Of a stretch of DNA of 64,000 bases, positions 28,782 to 39,541 are shown piece by piece (positions within the stretch are counted from its first letter, which is position 1; each line of letters opens with the position of its first letter). Source of the DNA: a virus. Below the pieces are notes generated by a model. The model was given only the letters and a program-made list of their open reading frames with translations. It was not told the origin of the DNA and ran no database searches. Both the position numbers and the translations under genes were made by a program. The DNA lies in IMG/VR virus record IMGVR_UViG_3300020477_001105, positions 47,663 to 111,662 of that record. One strand, 5' to 3'.

Positions 28782-29201
28782 CTATAGTTCGAATTCTCCA
28801 CCCGGAGGGAAGGGCGGAGGCTTGGCCATAGAAAATACATACTTCTGAAGAGCGACACTCAAAGCATCGTAATCCTTGTCAGTCTTACCTTGAGTTACCT
28901 GTACTAGCTCACCATCCATGTCATAACCTAGCACAATATATGCAGACATATATTCATCTATTAGACTACATAATTGCTTTTTATTTTTCCTTCTACGACG
29001 ACCAGCTGAATCTTCTAATCCAAAAAATAATGCTTCTAGACCCTTACTTATACCTTCCGGCTTATACTGGCCATTGTTATTACCACTAACCTTTTTAGAA
29101 GCTGATTTCTTAGCAGCTGGCTTTTTTGGTGCTACTTTCTTACGGGTACGCTTAGCCGGCTTTTTAGGCTCGTCTGGTTCAGGATGATCGCTTTTTACCA
29201 T
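28782..29201 (-). CDS. Hypothetical late protein with Lys/Ala-rich N-terminus
   Basis: ACTAAATA 6 nt upstream; KKPAKRTRKKVAPKKPAAKK. Confidence 0.65.
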   Translation of the reverse strand: MVKSDHPEPDEPKKPAKRTRKKVAPKKPAAKKSASKKVSGNNNGQYKPEGISKGLEALFFGLEDSAGRRRRKNKKQLCSLIDEYMSAYIVLGYDMDGELVQVTQGKTDKDYDALSVALQKYVFSMAKPPPFPPGGEFEL

Positions 29202-29532
29202 TTGAATTATTTAGTGTAGATTCTCGACCGATAACGTTATATTCGGCTAAATAGCTTATAACAACTTCCATGGAGTCAGTACTAACTTTAAAATTCTTAG
29301 GCAGTGATTTACCACCATCATTGAATTCATATAACCCTCTACCACTAAACTCCTCGTCCTTATAGCATGTGACAAAAACAGATTCATGATAAGGGTTTAG
29401 CATAACAGTCCATCTTCTATCATCTTCATCCCCATATCTATCAAATAATCTGCACGCATAATAGCCGTTATCTCTAAGCCTCTTGAGAAAGTAGCTTTGA
29501 TTTGTTATTTTATTTTTAGGCATGGTCTTCAC
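29179..29532 (-). CDS. Hypothetical protein
   Basis: 117 aa following the clamp gene. Confidence 0.65.
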   Translation of the reverse strand: MKTMPKNKITNQSYFLKRLRDNGYYACRLFDRYGDEDDRRWTVMLNPYHESVFVTCYKDEEFSGRGLYEFNDGGKSLPKNFKVSTDSMEVVISYLAEYNVIGRESTLNNSNGKKRSS

Positions 29533-30272
29533 TTACTCAATCCAGATACGATATATGTCATCTTTACATCATTAGTATTAACCTCGAAAGTAAGGACATT
29601 CAACTCAGTATTAACATATACGGCAACCTCTTCACATCTAGTTCCTGCCAATACACGAATTGTTTCAAAGCTTATAGGTAGCGGTTCAGTTATCTCGTCA
29701 CCATATATGCCATTACACAATTTCATACAAAAGCTATCAACGTTATGACGCTCTTTATCGTCAATCTCTGCATATACTTCACCATTCTTTGAGAACAGAT
29801 ACACTTTATTGATATCTAAGGCAAATGATCCATTCTTAATCAAATTTATCAATGATGTATAAGGTACTTTAAATGAAGCGTTGTAATTCTTAACAGTCTG
29901 CTTAATCTTATCAACACTAACCGGTGGGGCGGACAGAATACCATCATCTAATAAATGATATTTAAATCTTACGTCACTAGAACTATACTTGATGTGGTTA
30001 GATTCAAGTTCTAAAGATATATTATCCTTTTCAATGCATTGCAGAATCTTAATCAACCTATTAAGATCTGGTAAGTTGAAGATATGAGTGCCCTCTACTT
30101 CTTCACACTCTACATCATACTGACCATATAAAATAACAGTATTATCAGCTGCTGACATAAGAGTACTAAACCCTTTATTAGTCAATTTAAGAATACAGCT
30201 ATCGTTAATCTTACTAACAGGGCTTAGAAACTTATTAACGAAGTCAGGCTTATTTCTTATCTTTAGGATCAT
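29529..30272 (-). CDS. gp45: Sliding clamp
   Basis: About 250 aa, PCNA-like pattern (NLPDLNRLIKILQC, VRFKYHL); near the SSB gene. Confidence 0.7.
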   Translation of the reverse strand: MILKIRNKPDFVNKFLSPVSKINDSCILKLTNKGFSTLMSAADNTVILYGQYDVECEEVEGTHIFNLPDLNRLIKILQCIEKDNISLELESNHIKYSSSDVRFKYHLLDDGILSAPPVSVDKIKQTVKNYNASFKVPYTSLINLIKNGSFALDINKVYLFSKNGEVYAEIDDKERHNVDSFCMKLCNGIYGDEITEPLPISFETIRVLAGTRCEEVAVYVNTELNVLTFEVNTNDVKMTYIVSGLSK

Positions 30273-30744
30273 CTAATCTAAGTGTAATCTGTTTTACACG
30301 ACCTTCAACACCTTTTTCCATGAACTTACTAAACTTTTTATCTAAGGCTCCAAGCTTAGTCAGTGTATCACTGATGTCACTTAATGTCTTTTCAATATTA
30401 GTCAGTCTTTCCTCTACGTTTGGAGGTAGTGTAATATGAGCCTGCACGGCCTGTTGCGGTGGTGCGACATATTGCACTTGCTGCGGTGGTGCAGCCTGAG
30501 GAATCATGTCTTGAGGGTTTACATATTGTGGTTGTGGTTGTGGTTGAGATGGTGGAGGAGGTGGCAGTGCTCCCTCAGCCTGTGCTTGCTGTACATGTGT
30601 CTTCAGAAAGGACTTAGCATCAAAATTACCTGCCTTAAGGCTTTCCGCCTCGGAGACCATATTTTCTTTCTGCTCATTAACAAACGCATTAGTGTGCGCT
30701 GCTAATGCCGCCACAGCCTCTAAGTCTTTCAGTGGATCCCCCAT
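30250..30744 (-). CDS. Hypothetical Pro/Gln-rich protein
   Basis: 164 aa between gp32 and gp45. Confidence 0.65.
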   Translation of the reverse strand: MGDPLKDLEAVAALAAHTNAFVNEQKENMVSEAESLKAGNFDAKSFLKTHVQQAQAEGALPPPPPSQPQPQPQYVNPQDMIPQAAPPQQVQYVAPPQQAVQAHITLPPNVEERLTNIEKTLSDISDTLTKLGALDKKFSKFMEKGVEGRVKQITLRLDDPKDKK

Positions 30745-30747
30745 GTA

Positions 30748-31608
30748 TTAGTCTCCTAATCCATCGAGTAGCTCTTTGACCTTGTCATCATCCAGCGGAT
30801 CGACTTCAACCTCATCAGGTACACTTACTGTCTCAGCCTTTACAGTTTTTCTAGGCTTTTCCTCTTTAGGTTCAGGGTTCCAGGCTTCCTCGACACCTCC
30901 CTTCTTGCAATGAAAGTGCTCGTCAAGCATAGCCTTGAGCTCATCACTACTCTTAATAGTAAATACAGTCTCAAGATCATGAGCTCCACGGTACACCTTA
31001 TCGATATCATCTTCTTCCAGATTAATATCAGATGGAGGAGCGAACCTAGATGATACATACGTCGGATATTCCCCCTGTCTCTCTACTTTAATCTTAAAGC
31101 TACAACCCTTAGAGGATAAATCAAAAATTCTAGGACCGAAATCATCAGCATCCTCACCCTCAATCGCTTCTACGATAATCTTATGTAGTTGTCTACCAAA
31201 GCGCAACAGCTTAACTTGACCGTTATTGTCAGGATTGCGAGGATCATCAACAACATATACGTTCGCTAACCAATTTTCACGACGAAGAATTTTCTCAGCC
31301 TTAGACTTCTCTTCATCAGTACCATGCTTCAGCAACGAGTACTTAGCAGTTGCAATAGGATCGGTCTCACCGAACGTTTGTGGGCTCACTGCGGAAATAA
31401 ACTGGCCAGTGGCGAAACTCTCCCAAGAATGAGAGTAATAGTTAAAAAACGTCTTTCCGGGGTCTTCGATATTAGGAACAAACCTAACAACATAAGTATT
31501 ACCGGGCTCGAGTCTCATAATCTCCTTATAAGTGCTATTCGAAGAAGTAGTCTTAGTCATGGCACTCTTAATTTGATCAAACATGCTTTGTGTGTATGTA
31601 GTTGACAT
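30748..31608 (-). CDS. gp32: Single-stranded DNA-binding protein
   Basis: VVRFVP, ANVYVVDDPRNPDNNGQVK, FDLSSKGCSFKIK, YVSSRF, acidic tail. Confidence 0.92.
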   Translation of the reverse strand: MSTTYTQSMFDQIKSAMTKTTSSNSTYKEIMRLEPGNTYVVRFVPNIEDPGKTFFNYYSHSWESFATGQFISAVSPQTFGETDPIATAKYSLLKHGTDEEKSKAEKILRRENWLANVYVVDDPRNPDNNGQVKLLRFGRQLHKIIVEAIEGEDADDFGPRIFDLSSKGCSFKIKVERQGEYPTYVSSRFAPPSDINLEEDDIDKVYRGAHDLETVFTIKSSDELKAMLDEHFHCKKGGVEEAWNPEPKEEKPRKTVKAETVSVPDEVEVDPLDDDKVKELLDGLGD

Positions 31609-31615
31609 ATTAGTA

Positions 31616-32299
31616 TTATTGATTTTCTTTATTTTGATTTATTATAGTATCTTCTTTGTGTTTAAGCAACAGTTTTTTAATCTGATTAGCACATTGTTTG
31701 GCAATCCTTTTAGCCTTTTTCGAGCTGTAAAATCTAGTTCGATGCAAAGGCACATCTGATGCATACTTACCAATAGTAAACTCTAATCTGTCATTATCAA
31801 CTGTTGAAATTATATTTTCGAAATCATCTATTCCGAATAGCGCTGCTATGTAGACGTCGTGATTCCGTATATGTAAAATGAACGTGTTCAAGTCGTTAGT
31901 CATATGCTGCAAATATTCGTCTAGACACATATTATTCTGTTTGCAAAACTTAAAAATATACATATATGTATTTTTTATATCTTCGATTCTGTTATCAGGA
32001 GAGGATGAATCTTGTTTTGCCATATACATAGAGTATATTTTAATGGCTTTTGGAGAAGTGTAGAATTTTAGATCAAACTCAACATCGTCCGGGTATAGCT
32101 CATAAGGTGCATTAAAGAAGTCATTCCACTTAATGTTAGTGTGTTTGGCAAAGAGCCTAACCAATCTACGAACGTATGTATGCTTATCTGTATCTACAAA
32201 GCTATCGAAATTTTTACGAATTTTATATGGTACACCCTTTCGGGTGCGGTTAATTCTTAAATACGTGTTATACACGTTTTTTTCTTCGTTTGTTACCAC
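31616..32299 (-). CDS. Hypothetical protein (occupies the gp59 helicase-loader position)
   Basis: 227 aa, basic and aromatic; directly upstream of gp32; positional inference only. Confidence 0.4.
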   Translation of the reverse strand: MVTNEEKNVYNTYLRINRTRKGVPYKIRKNFDSFVDTDKHTYVRRLVRLFAKHTNIKWNDFFNAPYELYPDDVEFDLKFYTSPKAIKIYSMYMAKQDSSSPDNRIEDIKNTYMYIFKFCKQNNMCLDEYLQHMTNDLNTFILHIRNHDVYIAALFGIDDFENIISTVDNDRLEFTIGKYASDVPLHRTRFYSSKKAKRIAKQCANQIKKLLLKHKEDTIINQNKENQ

Positions 32300-32597
32300 G
32301 TTTTTTTGGTGTCTTATATGTTGCGTTAAGATATTTTTTGATGTACTTACTCTTATGCAAAGAACTATCGTAATCTAGAAACGATTTAAATGCTTCATAG
32401 TCGGTATCAAAATCAGCCATATCCTTATACAGCTTTTTTACTTTATCTTCCTTCAACAATAATAAGAAAATATTTGGTAAATTCAACTTTTTATTATGAA
32501 CTATGCACAAAAACGAACAAAAATTGAGAAATAAATCCTTGAGCTCTTCCTCACATACACGCACGCTAGGGTTTGGATTTATCGATGAAGGTTTCAT
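32268..32597 (-). CDS. Hypothetical protein
   Basis: 109 aa, coupled to its neighbours. Confidence 0.6.
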   Translation of the reverse strand: MKPSSINPNPSVRVCEEELKDLFLNFCSFLCIVHNKKLNLPNIFLLLLKEDKVKKLYKDMADFDTDYEAFKSFLDYDSSLHKSKYIKKYLNATYKTPKKRGNKRRKKRV

Positions 32598-33517
32598 GGT
32601 ACTGGTTTAAACAATTTAGTAAACTGTAAAAATTTACTACCGATCGACCCACCGGCTGCATATTTGTGTCCACCTCCTTCATCTGACAATTTTTGAGCTA
32701 ATTGTGATAGGTCTAAATCCACGCTTTTATTCTTCCTAAAACTAACCTTATTAGATTTTAAATTTACAACAAGACCTACGTCAGCTCTGTTGTCTTTAAT
32801 AATATGTTCCGCAACTTCGTTTATACAATCACTGGCGAAAGTAGAAACGAACTTATACGTTTTCTTTTTAATAGGTATGTCTGCAGCGTGTATTTGCAAT
32901 TCCGACTTTATAGAGTTTAACTTATTATGATAGAATTGTATGATAGCATTTTGGTCTTTAGTGAACCCGCTAAACCCGTCACCGAAGTCATTTATAAATT
33001 TACGTAGCCTGTCACCTTGGTAGTTTCTAAACAAAAAATTTAACGATAGTGTATCTTTCAGAGCTAATTTATAGCAATCATAATCATCGGCTAATAGTAA
33101 TAAGTGCTTTTGCTGGTCAGTCAATTTATTATCAACTTTTTTATGTAGAAGATTGTATATATGCTTACAGCAGCTAGATTGCTCATTAATAAACGTCTTA
33201 GCCTTCTTATACTTATGCTTATTCTCTACGTGGGAAGTATGATGGTCTATAATTACAACGTTCGGTAGATCAATTAGGTCTATGCAGTCCGATGTGTCTA
33301 AATCAAACACATATATTTGATCGTATTTTTTAGGGTTATTAGTTTTTAGCCAATTTGAAAACGCGGGCCTGCAATCATTAACTCTGACCGTAGAATACGG
33401 TATATCACTATGACCGGTTAACCAGCTAAACACCAGATAACTCATAGACCCGTCCAAATCTATATCTGTAAAGACAAACTTTTTCTTCAAGAGAAAAGTA
33501 TTTACATCCAAATCCAC
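32594..33517 (-). CDS. DHH/DHHA1 phosphoesterase
   Basis: DIDLDG, IIDHH, GGGHKYAAGG. Confidence 0.88.
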   Translation of the reverse strand: MDLDVNTFLLKKKFVFTDIDLDGSMSYLVFSWLTGHSDIPYSTVRVNDCRPAFSNWLKTNNPKKYDQIYVFDLDTSDCIDLIDLPNVVIIDHHTSHVENKHKYKKAKTFINEQSSCCKHIYNLLHKKVDNKLTDQQKHLLLLADDYDCYKLALKDTLSLNFLFRNYQGDRLRKFINDFGDGFSGFTKDQNAIIQFYHNKLNSIKSELQIHAADIPIKKKTYKFVSTFASDCINEVAEHIIKDNRADVGLVVNLKSNKVSFRKNKSVDLDLSQLAQKLSDEGGGHKYAAGGSIGSKFLQFTKLFKPVP

Positions 33518-33527
33518 AATATTACAG

Positions 33528-34859
33528 CTAATCCTCGACTAAAGATCTCAGAGTTCTATCAATAGCCATTGATTGTTCAGTGTTGTTCATCGACTCCGCT
33601 TCTGATAACGTCAGTGTAGTGTAGTCAACACTCATCTCAACTGACCCGAAATTTTGACCATATCTATTCTTAATCATCCCCATTCGAATAATACCTAGCT
33701 CAACATCTTCATCTTCTTGCCAGATGCTCATGATACAATCAGCTGTAGCGGCTAGACCGATACTTTCACTAATATTTTCTACACCTGGATTGTGTTCGTT
33801 TAAGCCACTTCTGTTAACTTGTGTAGCTGTTACGAACGGACAATTAAACGTATACGACAAGGCTCTAACCTGCTCTGATGTATGTTTAATTCTCTCATAT
33901 GAGTTGTTCCCGATTGGTGAATGTAGCAAGTTAATATAATCTAATACTACTATATCAGGCTTAATACCTTGATGTATTAGCTTTTGCAGATATGCACTTA
34001 ATTGTGTTGAAGATATAGCGTTAGGAGGAAATTCTTTAATAATTAATCTAGAGTCTGGGTGACTATCTTTATATGTCTCTATATTTCGCTTAACAATATC
34101 AGAACTACCGGTTAAATCACTTATAGGTATTTGACTGATACTAGTAGATATACGCTTAGCATACATTAGCTCAGACATTTCTAATGATATCAAAACAGCA
34201 GTCTTACCCTGTGCTGCTACGTTACACGCAATGTTACCTAAAAATATTGACTTACCAATATTAGTTGCTCCTGCGAACAAATATAAAGCTTTACCTTTCT
34301 CTAAAAAGCCACCACCTAGCTTTCTATCCAACCACTCCCAATTGGACGGTATATGTTTTTCTTCTTTCTGTAAATCAGCAATATGCTCGTCGATATTAGA
34401 AAAGAACTCCATTCCCAGTCCACCGGTGAGGTTTACGCCACAAGCCTTCTCAAACTTGTCCAATATATCAGCAGTATCTATGTTACCTGCCTGGCAGTCA
34501 TCTGCTACGTCTATCATAGTATGATACACGCTTTTCTCTTTTATAAACCTCTCTGTATTTTCATATAGCTCATCTCTATTAAACTTTCTATCAATATCAT
34601 TAAACTGGTTAACGATGTATTTAAATTGCTCTTTGAGCTCTGGTGTAGTCAGCCGAGATTTAATTTCAGTTATAGTAGGTGTACTATTACGTTTAATAAA
34701 AAAGTCCGTAATTAATTCAACGATAGAAGAGATTTGCTTATTCTTGAAATATCTAGGTTCAATAGTATCAACTAACGTTCCCAAATACTCAGGGTTAGTT
34801 AACATATTGTATATTACGACAATCTCAAAAAAATCAGTATCTAGCTTTTGCTTGTCCAT
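33528..34859 (-). CDS. gp41: Replicative DnaB-like helicase
   Basis: AGATNIGKS, SLEMSE, IIKEFP, VLDYINL, TATQVNR, ISESIGL, KNRYG. Confidence 0.95.
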   Translation of the reverse strand: MDKQKLDTDFFEIVVIYNMLTNPEYLGTLVDTIEPRYFKNKQISSIVELITDFFIKRNSTPTITEIKSRLTTPELKEQFKYIVNQFNDIDRKFNRDELYENTERFIKEKSVYHTMIDVADDCQAGNIDTADILDKFEKACGVNLTGGLGMEFFSNIDEHIADLQKEEKHIPSNWEWLDRKLGGGFLEKGKALYLFAGATNIGKSIFLGNIACNVAAQGKTAVLISLEMSELMYAKRISTSISQIPISDLTGSSDIVKRNIETYKDSHPDSRLIIKEFPPNAISSTQLSAYLQKLIHQGIKPDIVVLDYINLLHSPIGNNSYERIKHTSEQVRALSYTFNCPFVTATQVNRSGLNEHNPGVENISESIGLAATADCIMSIWQEDEDVELGIIRMGMIKNRYGQNFGSVEMSVDYTTLTLSEAESMNNTEQSMAIDRTLRSLVED

Positions 34860-35554
34860 TTATTCAAAAAATAACTTTGACTGTCAAGAAACTCTTGATT
34901 AACGTCTCCTAATCCAGGGCTATCGTGGCGCACCCATATAGGCCATGTTGTTAATTTTAACCCATGTTTGTTAGCTTGCAAGCAAAAATCTAAATCATAA
35001 TGATGAGCTATGGCTGGAAGGTTTTCGTCGAACCTAACTTCAGGTTTTAAACTACTAACTTTAATAGCTAAAAATAAACCATCCATTATAACACATCTAT
35101 TCGGTACAGGTCCGAAATTAGTTACAAACTGTTTACCATCTCCTGTTTTATGTGCTACTGCACCTGACCAATCGTTTTGATTAGACATTAAATGCCATAG
35201 TGCAGGTTCCTTAATCTGAGCCTGTGTAGCACCGGCTAGGCCTACTATGTCATTATCCTTAAATGCTTCTTGTAGCTTTTCAGTCCAACCCAAATCATCC
35301 ATTTTAACATCATCATGCATTAGTATGACTGTATCATACCCCTCAGTCACTGCCATGTCTAATACTTTGTTGTAATGCTTTCCGATATTCTCTTTATTAT
35401 TCTTTTTAACGACGGCCTGAAAGTGCATATCTGTATATAAAATATGATCGTCACAATCTTCTCTAGCACAGCCAATAAGCATAGAGTTATATGTAGAAGT
35501 TTCTTCAAACCCCTCTACACCATGTTTTGTGCAGGTTCCAATTAAAGTTGTCAT
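34841..35554 (-). CDS. Glycosyltransferase (GT-A fold)
   Basis: ILMHDDV, IVGLAG, DGLFLA, FDE, HHYDLDFC, HDSPG. Confidence 0.8.
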   Translation of the reverse strand: MTTLIGTCTKHGVEGFEETSTYNSMLIGCAREDCDDHILYTDMHFQAVVKKNNKENIGKHYNKVLDMAVTEGYDTVILMHDDVKMDDLGWTEKLQEAFKDNDIVGLAGATQAQIKEPALWHLMSNQNDWSGAVAHKTGDGKQFVTNFGPVPNRCVIMDGLFLAIKVSSLKPEVRFDENLPAIAHHYDLDFCLQANKHGLKLTTWPIWVRHDSPGLGDVNQEFLDSQSYFLNKWTSKS

Positions 35555-36216
35555 AATACGAAAAACGGTGAACTGTACTCAAACTCACCGACTGGATCTA
35601 TAGTATCTGTAATCTTATACAATACACCCTCTCTTAGAGGTACGAGAGTATGGTATGGATCCTGGATGGATGAAAAGTAATTATCTCTTACATCTCTGAA
35701 AAGTGTACTACCTACTCGGGCAAGATATTTGTTATTACTATTTTCATTATATATCCATACACCGAATGTACCCTTTAATGCACCTAAAGCGCATGTAATA
35801 GCTTTGATTTCGTTTTCGTCGCTGTCCTCACCTATATAACAGTGATCAATGAATGCTGGTATAACTGACGAGTCAACATTATTAACTGTATCCGGAGGTG
35901 AGCCTATCCAATACTCTTGTATAATATCTCTATCATTAGACAATACACCGTTATGTGCCACAACCCAGTCATTATGTCGAAACGGGTGGCTAGTAGCTAC
36001 GCCATGTTCACGCTCAATTGACGTCGGGGCCTGTGTATGCCCTAGATAGTAGTCGGAGTTGTCGAGTGCCATGTCAGGTTCCCCTGGTACTCTATGTATA
36101 ATCGAACCGGTTGATGATACATATACACCCCCGTAAGCGAAGTCTCCACGCTGCTTATTCATAGCGTAGAGTGTTTTAAATTGTTCTAAGCGAGTGCTAC
36201 CAAATATTCCACACAT
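35551..36216 (-). CDS. Class II glutamine amidotransferase (stand-alone)
   Basis: N-terminal MCGIFG nucleophile, RG, GHTQAPT, HPF, AHNG, DS. Confidence 0.9.
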   Translation of the reverse strand: MCGIFGSTRLEQFKTLYAMNKQRGDFAYGGVYVSSTGSIIHRVPGEPDMALDNSDYYLGHTQAPTSIEREHGVATSHPFRHNDWVVAHNGVLSNDRDIIQEYWIGSPPDTVNNVDSSVIPAFIDHCYIGEDSDENEIKAITCALGALKGTFGVWIYNENSNNKYLARVGSTLFRDVRDNYFSSIQDPYHTLVPLREGVLYKITDTIDPVGEFEYSSPFFVL

Positions 36217-36219
36217 AAT

Positions 36220-36429
36220 TTACTGCTCCATGTACCTATCGTCTATATGTGTATCAGTTCTTGGGCGGATTGCTGATGCCAGCTCTCTGTCCCGCTGTCG
36301 GCAAATCTGCCATTGTTTTTCTTCATCTCTAGTCTTATAATCCTTAGGGTTATGTCTACCTGTTGTTAACACAGTCCAGCACAATCTGATTCTAGTCAGC
36401 CAGCTGTATGTATCCTTAAATTCCATCAT
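36220..36429 (-). CDS. Hypothetical protein
   Basis: 69 aa; similar to 39542-39796 (RIRLCWTVLTTG vs RLKLCWMALTKG). Confidence 0.6.
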   Translation of the reverse strand: MMEFKDTYSWLTRIRLCWTVLTTGRHNPKDYKTRDEEKQWQICRQRDRELASAIRPRTDTHIDDRYMEQ

Positions 36430-37067
36430 TGTTTTTTCGCTGTAAAGACGAGTACGTCCATGTACCCTGGTTCATCATTCTCTATAAGCTGTATACTTCT
36501 CCCGTTATGCCACAGATAACTATCATCCACAATAGCCATAGTGCCTGGATCGAGAATTGCTTGTAAGAACGGTGGGTCCGTCTTACTTGTTGATAATAGT
36601 AGCTCACCACCGATAATATTGCAACGATCAATTCCAATAACTGCAATGCAATCATATCCGTCTTGGTGCCAACCTTCAGGAGACAACTGAGTAGCTCCTC
36701 CTTTAGCGCGTACTCTCATTTGATGTATATCCATCGTATACGGTGACGACAAGCTACATGCCCTATAAAATACATTACACATCTCTCTAAGACATGCGCT
36801 ATTAATTACATCTTGATCGATGTTATCGAACGCGCGCGACATTCCACCTTGATGCTGATTATACTTACTGCTTTGATTAAATTCTTTGACACGTAAATCT
36901 GTCACTACCGCGGTAGACTTATCACAGTCGACACTAACACGGGAATATCTTCGCAGTCTATAATTACCGTCGCGGTGATCAGTTTCCGGTAAGTGATTAA
37001 ATGAGTCTCTAATCTCCTTAGCATACTCAGGGTTAACTTTAGTAATTTGTAATATTGTATTAGTCAT
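36426..37067 (-). CDS. 2OG-Fe(II) dioxygenase (isoleucine-hydroxylase-like family)
   Basis: [19 protein letters not shown] (HxD), distal WH. Confidence 0.82.
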   Translation of the reverse strand: MTNTILQITKVNPEYAKEIRDSFNHLPETDHRDGNYRLRRYSRVSVDCDKSTAVVTDLRVKEFNQSSKYNQHQGGMSRAFDNIDQDVINSACLREMCNVFYRACSLSSPYTMDIHQMRVRAKGGATQLSPEGWHQDGYDCIAVIGIDRCNIIGGELLLSTSKTDPPFLQAILDPGTMAIVDDSYLWHNGRSIQLIENDEPGYMDVLVFTAKKQ

Positions 37068-38091
37068 TTTTTCCGAATATTTCGTTTGATTGTTGTGTTA
37101 CTCTAACGAATGTCGCGCACTTGGGCATATATCTAATTGCGCTAGCTCCAATGTAAGTACAAGCGCTTCTCAGACCACCTAAGATGCTAGTCACAGTCCC
37201 TCTGACGGGTCCTTTATAGGGTACGTTGACTGTCTTACCTTCTGAACTTCGATATTCTGCGACCCCGCCACTATATTTGTTCATAGCGGTATCGGAGCTC
37301 ATTCCATAAAATTGTTTATATTGTCGTCCTTCTTCTTCGACGATCTCCCCACTACATTCTGCATGACCAGCAAGCATGCCGCCCAGCATAACATAATCAG
37401 CCCCAGCAGCAAAGGCTTTGGATATGTCCCCAGGACAACAACAACCACCATCAGCCATAATATGCCCACCAACCCCGTGAGCAGCGTCAGCGCATTCAAT
37501 GACCGCGCTGAGTTGAGGATATCCGACACCAGTCTGAATACGAGTAGTGCAAACACTACCACTCCCAATACCAACTTTAACCACATCAGCTCCATTTAAT
37601 ATTAACTCCTCCGTCATTTCACCGGTAACAACATTACCAGCTATTATTACTTTATCAGGAAACTCTTTCCGTACAACTTTTACAAATTTGGAAAATCTTT
37701 CCGAATAACCATTTGCTACATCAATGCATATAAACTTAACATCTAGATGTCGCAATACTGGTTTTATTTTATCATATTCCGTATATGTTATACCAGTTGT
37801 CACTGCAGCGTTATCCTTAATCTCTTGCCAATTATTTTGATACTGCTCCGGTGTGTGATGCTTATGTAAGCAAGTCAGCATAGCATGTTGCTTTAAGGCA
37901 TGTGCCATCTCCATAGTACCGACATGATCCATATTAGCGGCTACTACTGGGTGACCAAGCCATTCATAATCACTATGTCTAAAGTGAAATTGACGTTTTA
38001 GCATTACTTCTTTTCTTGAGTTTAAAATAGACCGTTTAGGTCTCAGAAGTACGTCTTTATAATCTAACTTGATATCTTGTTCAATCCTCAT
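37060..38091 (-). CDS. guaC: GMP reductase
   Basis: [53 protein letters not shown]; start at ATG 38091. Confidence 0.95.
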   Translation of the reverse strand: MRIEQDIKLDYKDVLLRPKRSILNSRKEVMLKRQFHFRHSDYEWLGHPVVAANMDHVGTMEMAHALKQHAMLTCLHKHHTPEQYQNNWQEIKDNAAVTTGITYTEYDKIKPVLRHLDVKFICIDVANGYSERFSKFVKVVRKEFPDKVIIAGNVVTGEMTEELILNGADVVKVGIGSGSVCTTRIQTGVGYPQLSAVIECADAAHGVGGHIMADGGCCCPGDISKAFAAGADYVMLGGMLAGHAECSGEIVEEEGRQYKQFYGMSSDTAMNKYSGGVAEYRSSEGKTVNVPYKGPVRGTVTSILGGLRSACTYIGASAIRYMPKCATFVRVTQQSNEIFGKND

Positions 38092-38425
38092 ACAGCGTAG
38101 CGTGTCCTTCGTCAATAAGTCTCGAGTTTACAGAGTAATCTAAATCATCTCCGACAAATATGTACCCTATACATCTACCATACTTACCAACTTTTGTTGA
38201 TTCGATTATAAATTCATTATCACAATCTTCAAGTGTTTGTTTGAGCCATTCTTTAGCCTTGAGACCTTTCGCTTTCTCCTTCTTGTCTCTAGTACGACAT
38301 TCCCACGCATCAATACCACCTAACCTGATTCGCTTCTTGACCCATGTATCGAAACCTAAGTCAATCATGGCATCTACAGTGTCACCGTCGATGACCCTGA
38401 TTAACTTTGCTCTGTATTGGTACAT
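38081..38425 (-). CDS. Thermonuclease (SNase-like)
   Basis: [21 protein letters not shown]. Confidence 0.88.
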   Translation of the reverse strand: MYQYRAKLIRVIDGDTVDAMIDLGFDTWVKKRIRLGGIDAWECRTRDKKEKAKGLKAKEWLKQTLEDCDNEFIIESTKVGKYGRCIGYIFVGDDLDYSVNSRLIDEGHATLYED

Positions 38426-38838
38426 CTATTCACTAATTCCGATGATGAACGAATTTTTTCTCCTAGACCGTCTACCATTTCAATATTAAGCTGTCTACAA
38501 ATATTAGCTTCAGGAATTTCTTCCTCCTTTCTATCACCGCCATTAGCAAAAATGTTCGGTCTGATCATATCAAGTGATTTACATACAGATAGATCTTCGT
38601 CAATCGACATGACCGCCACGTCTACACATTTTAATGCCTTAACAATTCTAAGTCGGTCCTCTAACTTCATAAACGACTTACCCTTCTTTTTATGAGCTTG
38701 TATATCATTGTTTACAATTACAAATAACCTATCACCTAAGCCCTTGGCCATTTCAAGATACTCTAAATGACCTACATGTAGAGGGTCAAAATACCCGCTA
38801 GCTGCTACTACCTTTACTGTTTCAATGTCAGTCTCCAT
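38401..38838 (-). CDS. HIGH-family cytidylyltransferase
   Basis: SGYFDPLHVGH, KGKSFM...R, ANGGDR, KIRSSS. Confidence 0.9.
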   Translation of the reverse strand: METDIETVKVVAASGYFDPLHVGHLEYLEMAKGLGDRLFVIVNNDIQAHKKKGKSFMKLEDRLRIVKALKCVDVAVMSIDEDLSVCKSLDMIRPNIFANGGDRKEEEIPEANICRQLNIEMVDGLGEKIRSSSELVNRCTNTEQS

Positions 38839-39124
38839 TACCTGGTTTCATCTCTTTTAACTTTTTGACATCGTACCCGTCTTCTTTAGCTATACCCTTT
38901 TCGAATAGCTCTATAAAAAACTCTTGTACCCCCTTTTTGCTAACTCGCTTACGATTTTTTTCTTTCTTAAAGAGTTCGTCAAAAGCCTTATTGGTAGAAA
39001 TTTCCATAGAGCAGGTATCGTCTGGGTTATCTTTAATGTCATGTATATAAACCCTCGGAAAATCACTGGCCATAACTTCTTCAAAGTTATTGTCGTTAAG
39101 GGGTATTCCTTTATGTTTCTTCAT
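38828..39124 (-). CDS. Hypothetical protein
   Basis: 98 aa, coupled to its neighbours. Confidence 0.6.
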   Translation of the reverse strand: MKKHKGIPLNDNNFEEVMASDFPRVYIHDIKDNPDDTCSMEISTNKAFDELFKKEKNRKRVSKKGVQEFFIELFEKGIAKEDGYDVKKLKEMKPGNGD

Positions 39125-39252
39125 GAGTATTTTTTATATAATTTGATCATTAGATATACCGCAATCGCTGCTGGAACTAGCCAAATCAGCCCATTTACTG
39201 TATGTTCGGGGTGGTTACAAAGACCATTTACACATTTAATTGTATTATTCAT
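39121..39252 (-). CDS. Small membrane peptide (43 aa) with C-x4-C-x-H-x2-H
   Basis: MNNTIKCVNGLCNHPEHTVNGLIWLVPAAIAVYLMIKLYKKYS; ATGA-coupled. Confidence 0.6.
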   Translation of the reverse strand: MNNTIKCVNGLCNHPEHTVNGLIWLVPAAIAVYLMIKLYKKYS

Positions 39253-39274
39253 ATTTCGTTCTCACTCGACTTTA

Positions 39275-39505
39275 TCATCCATCGTTGCCTATTGCTTCAA
39301 CAGGACAAGCGTCCATAGCTTCCGCGCATAACGTCTCCTCCTCTTCATTTTCAGGTTGTTTGAAAACGTAGGAATAACCTCCGTCTTCGTTTCGTGTAAA
39401 ATTGGCGGGTGCGGTTTCGCGGCATAGATCGCAGTCAATACACTCTGTATCGCAATAGTATTTACCCGCTGCGTTATCTTCGTATTTATCTTCTTTCGTT
39501 GCCAT
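39275..39505 (-). CDS. 4Fe-4S ferredoxin
   Basis: CIDCDLC...CPVEAIG; own promoter TTGCTA-N17-TATAAT. Confidence 0.95.
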   Translation of the reverse strand: MATKEDKYEDNAAGKYYCDTECIDCDLCRETAPANFTRNEDGGYSYVFKQPENEEEETLCAEAMDACPVEAIGNDG

Positions 39506-39541
39506 AATTTATTATAACGATTAAAGTCCTAATTAGCAAAC

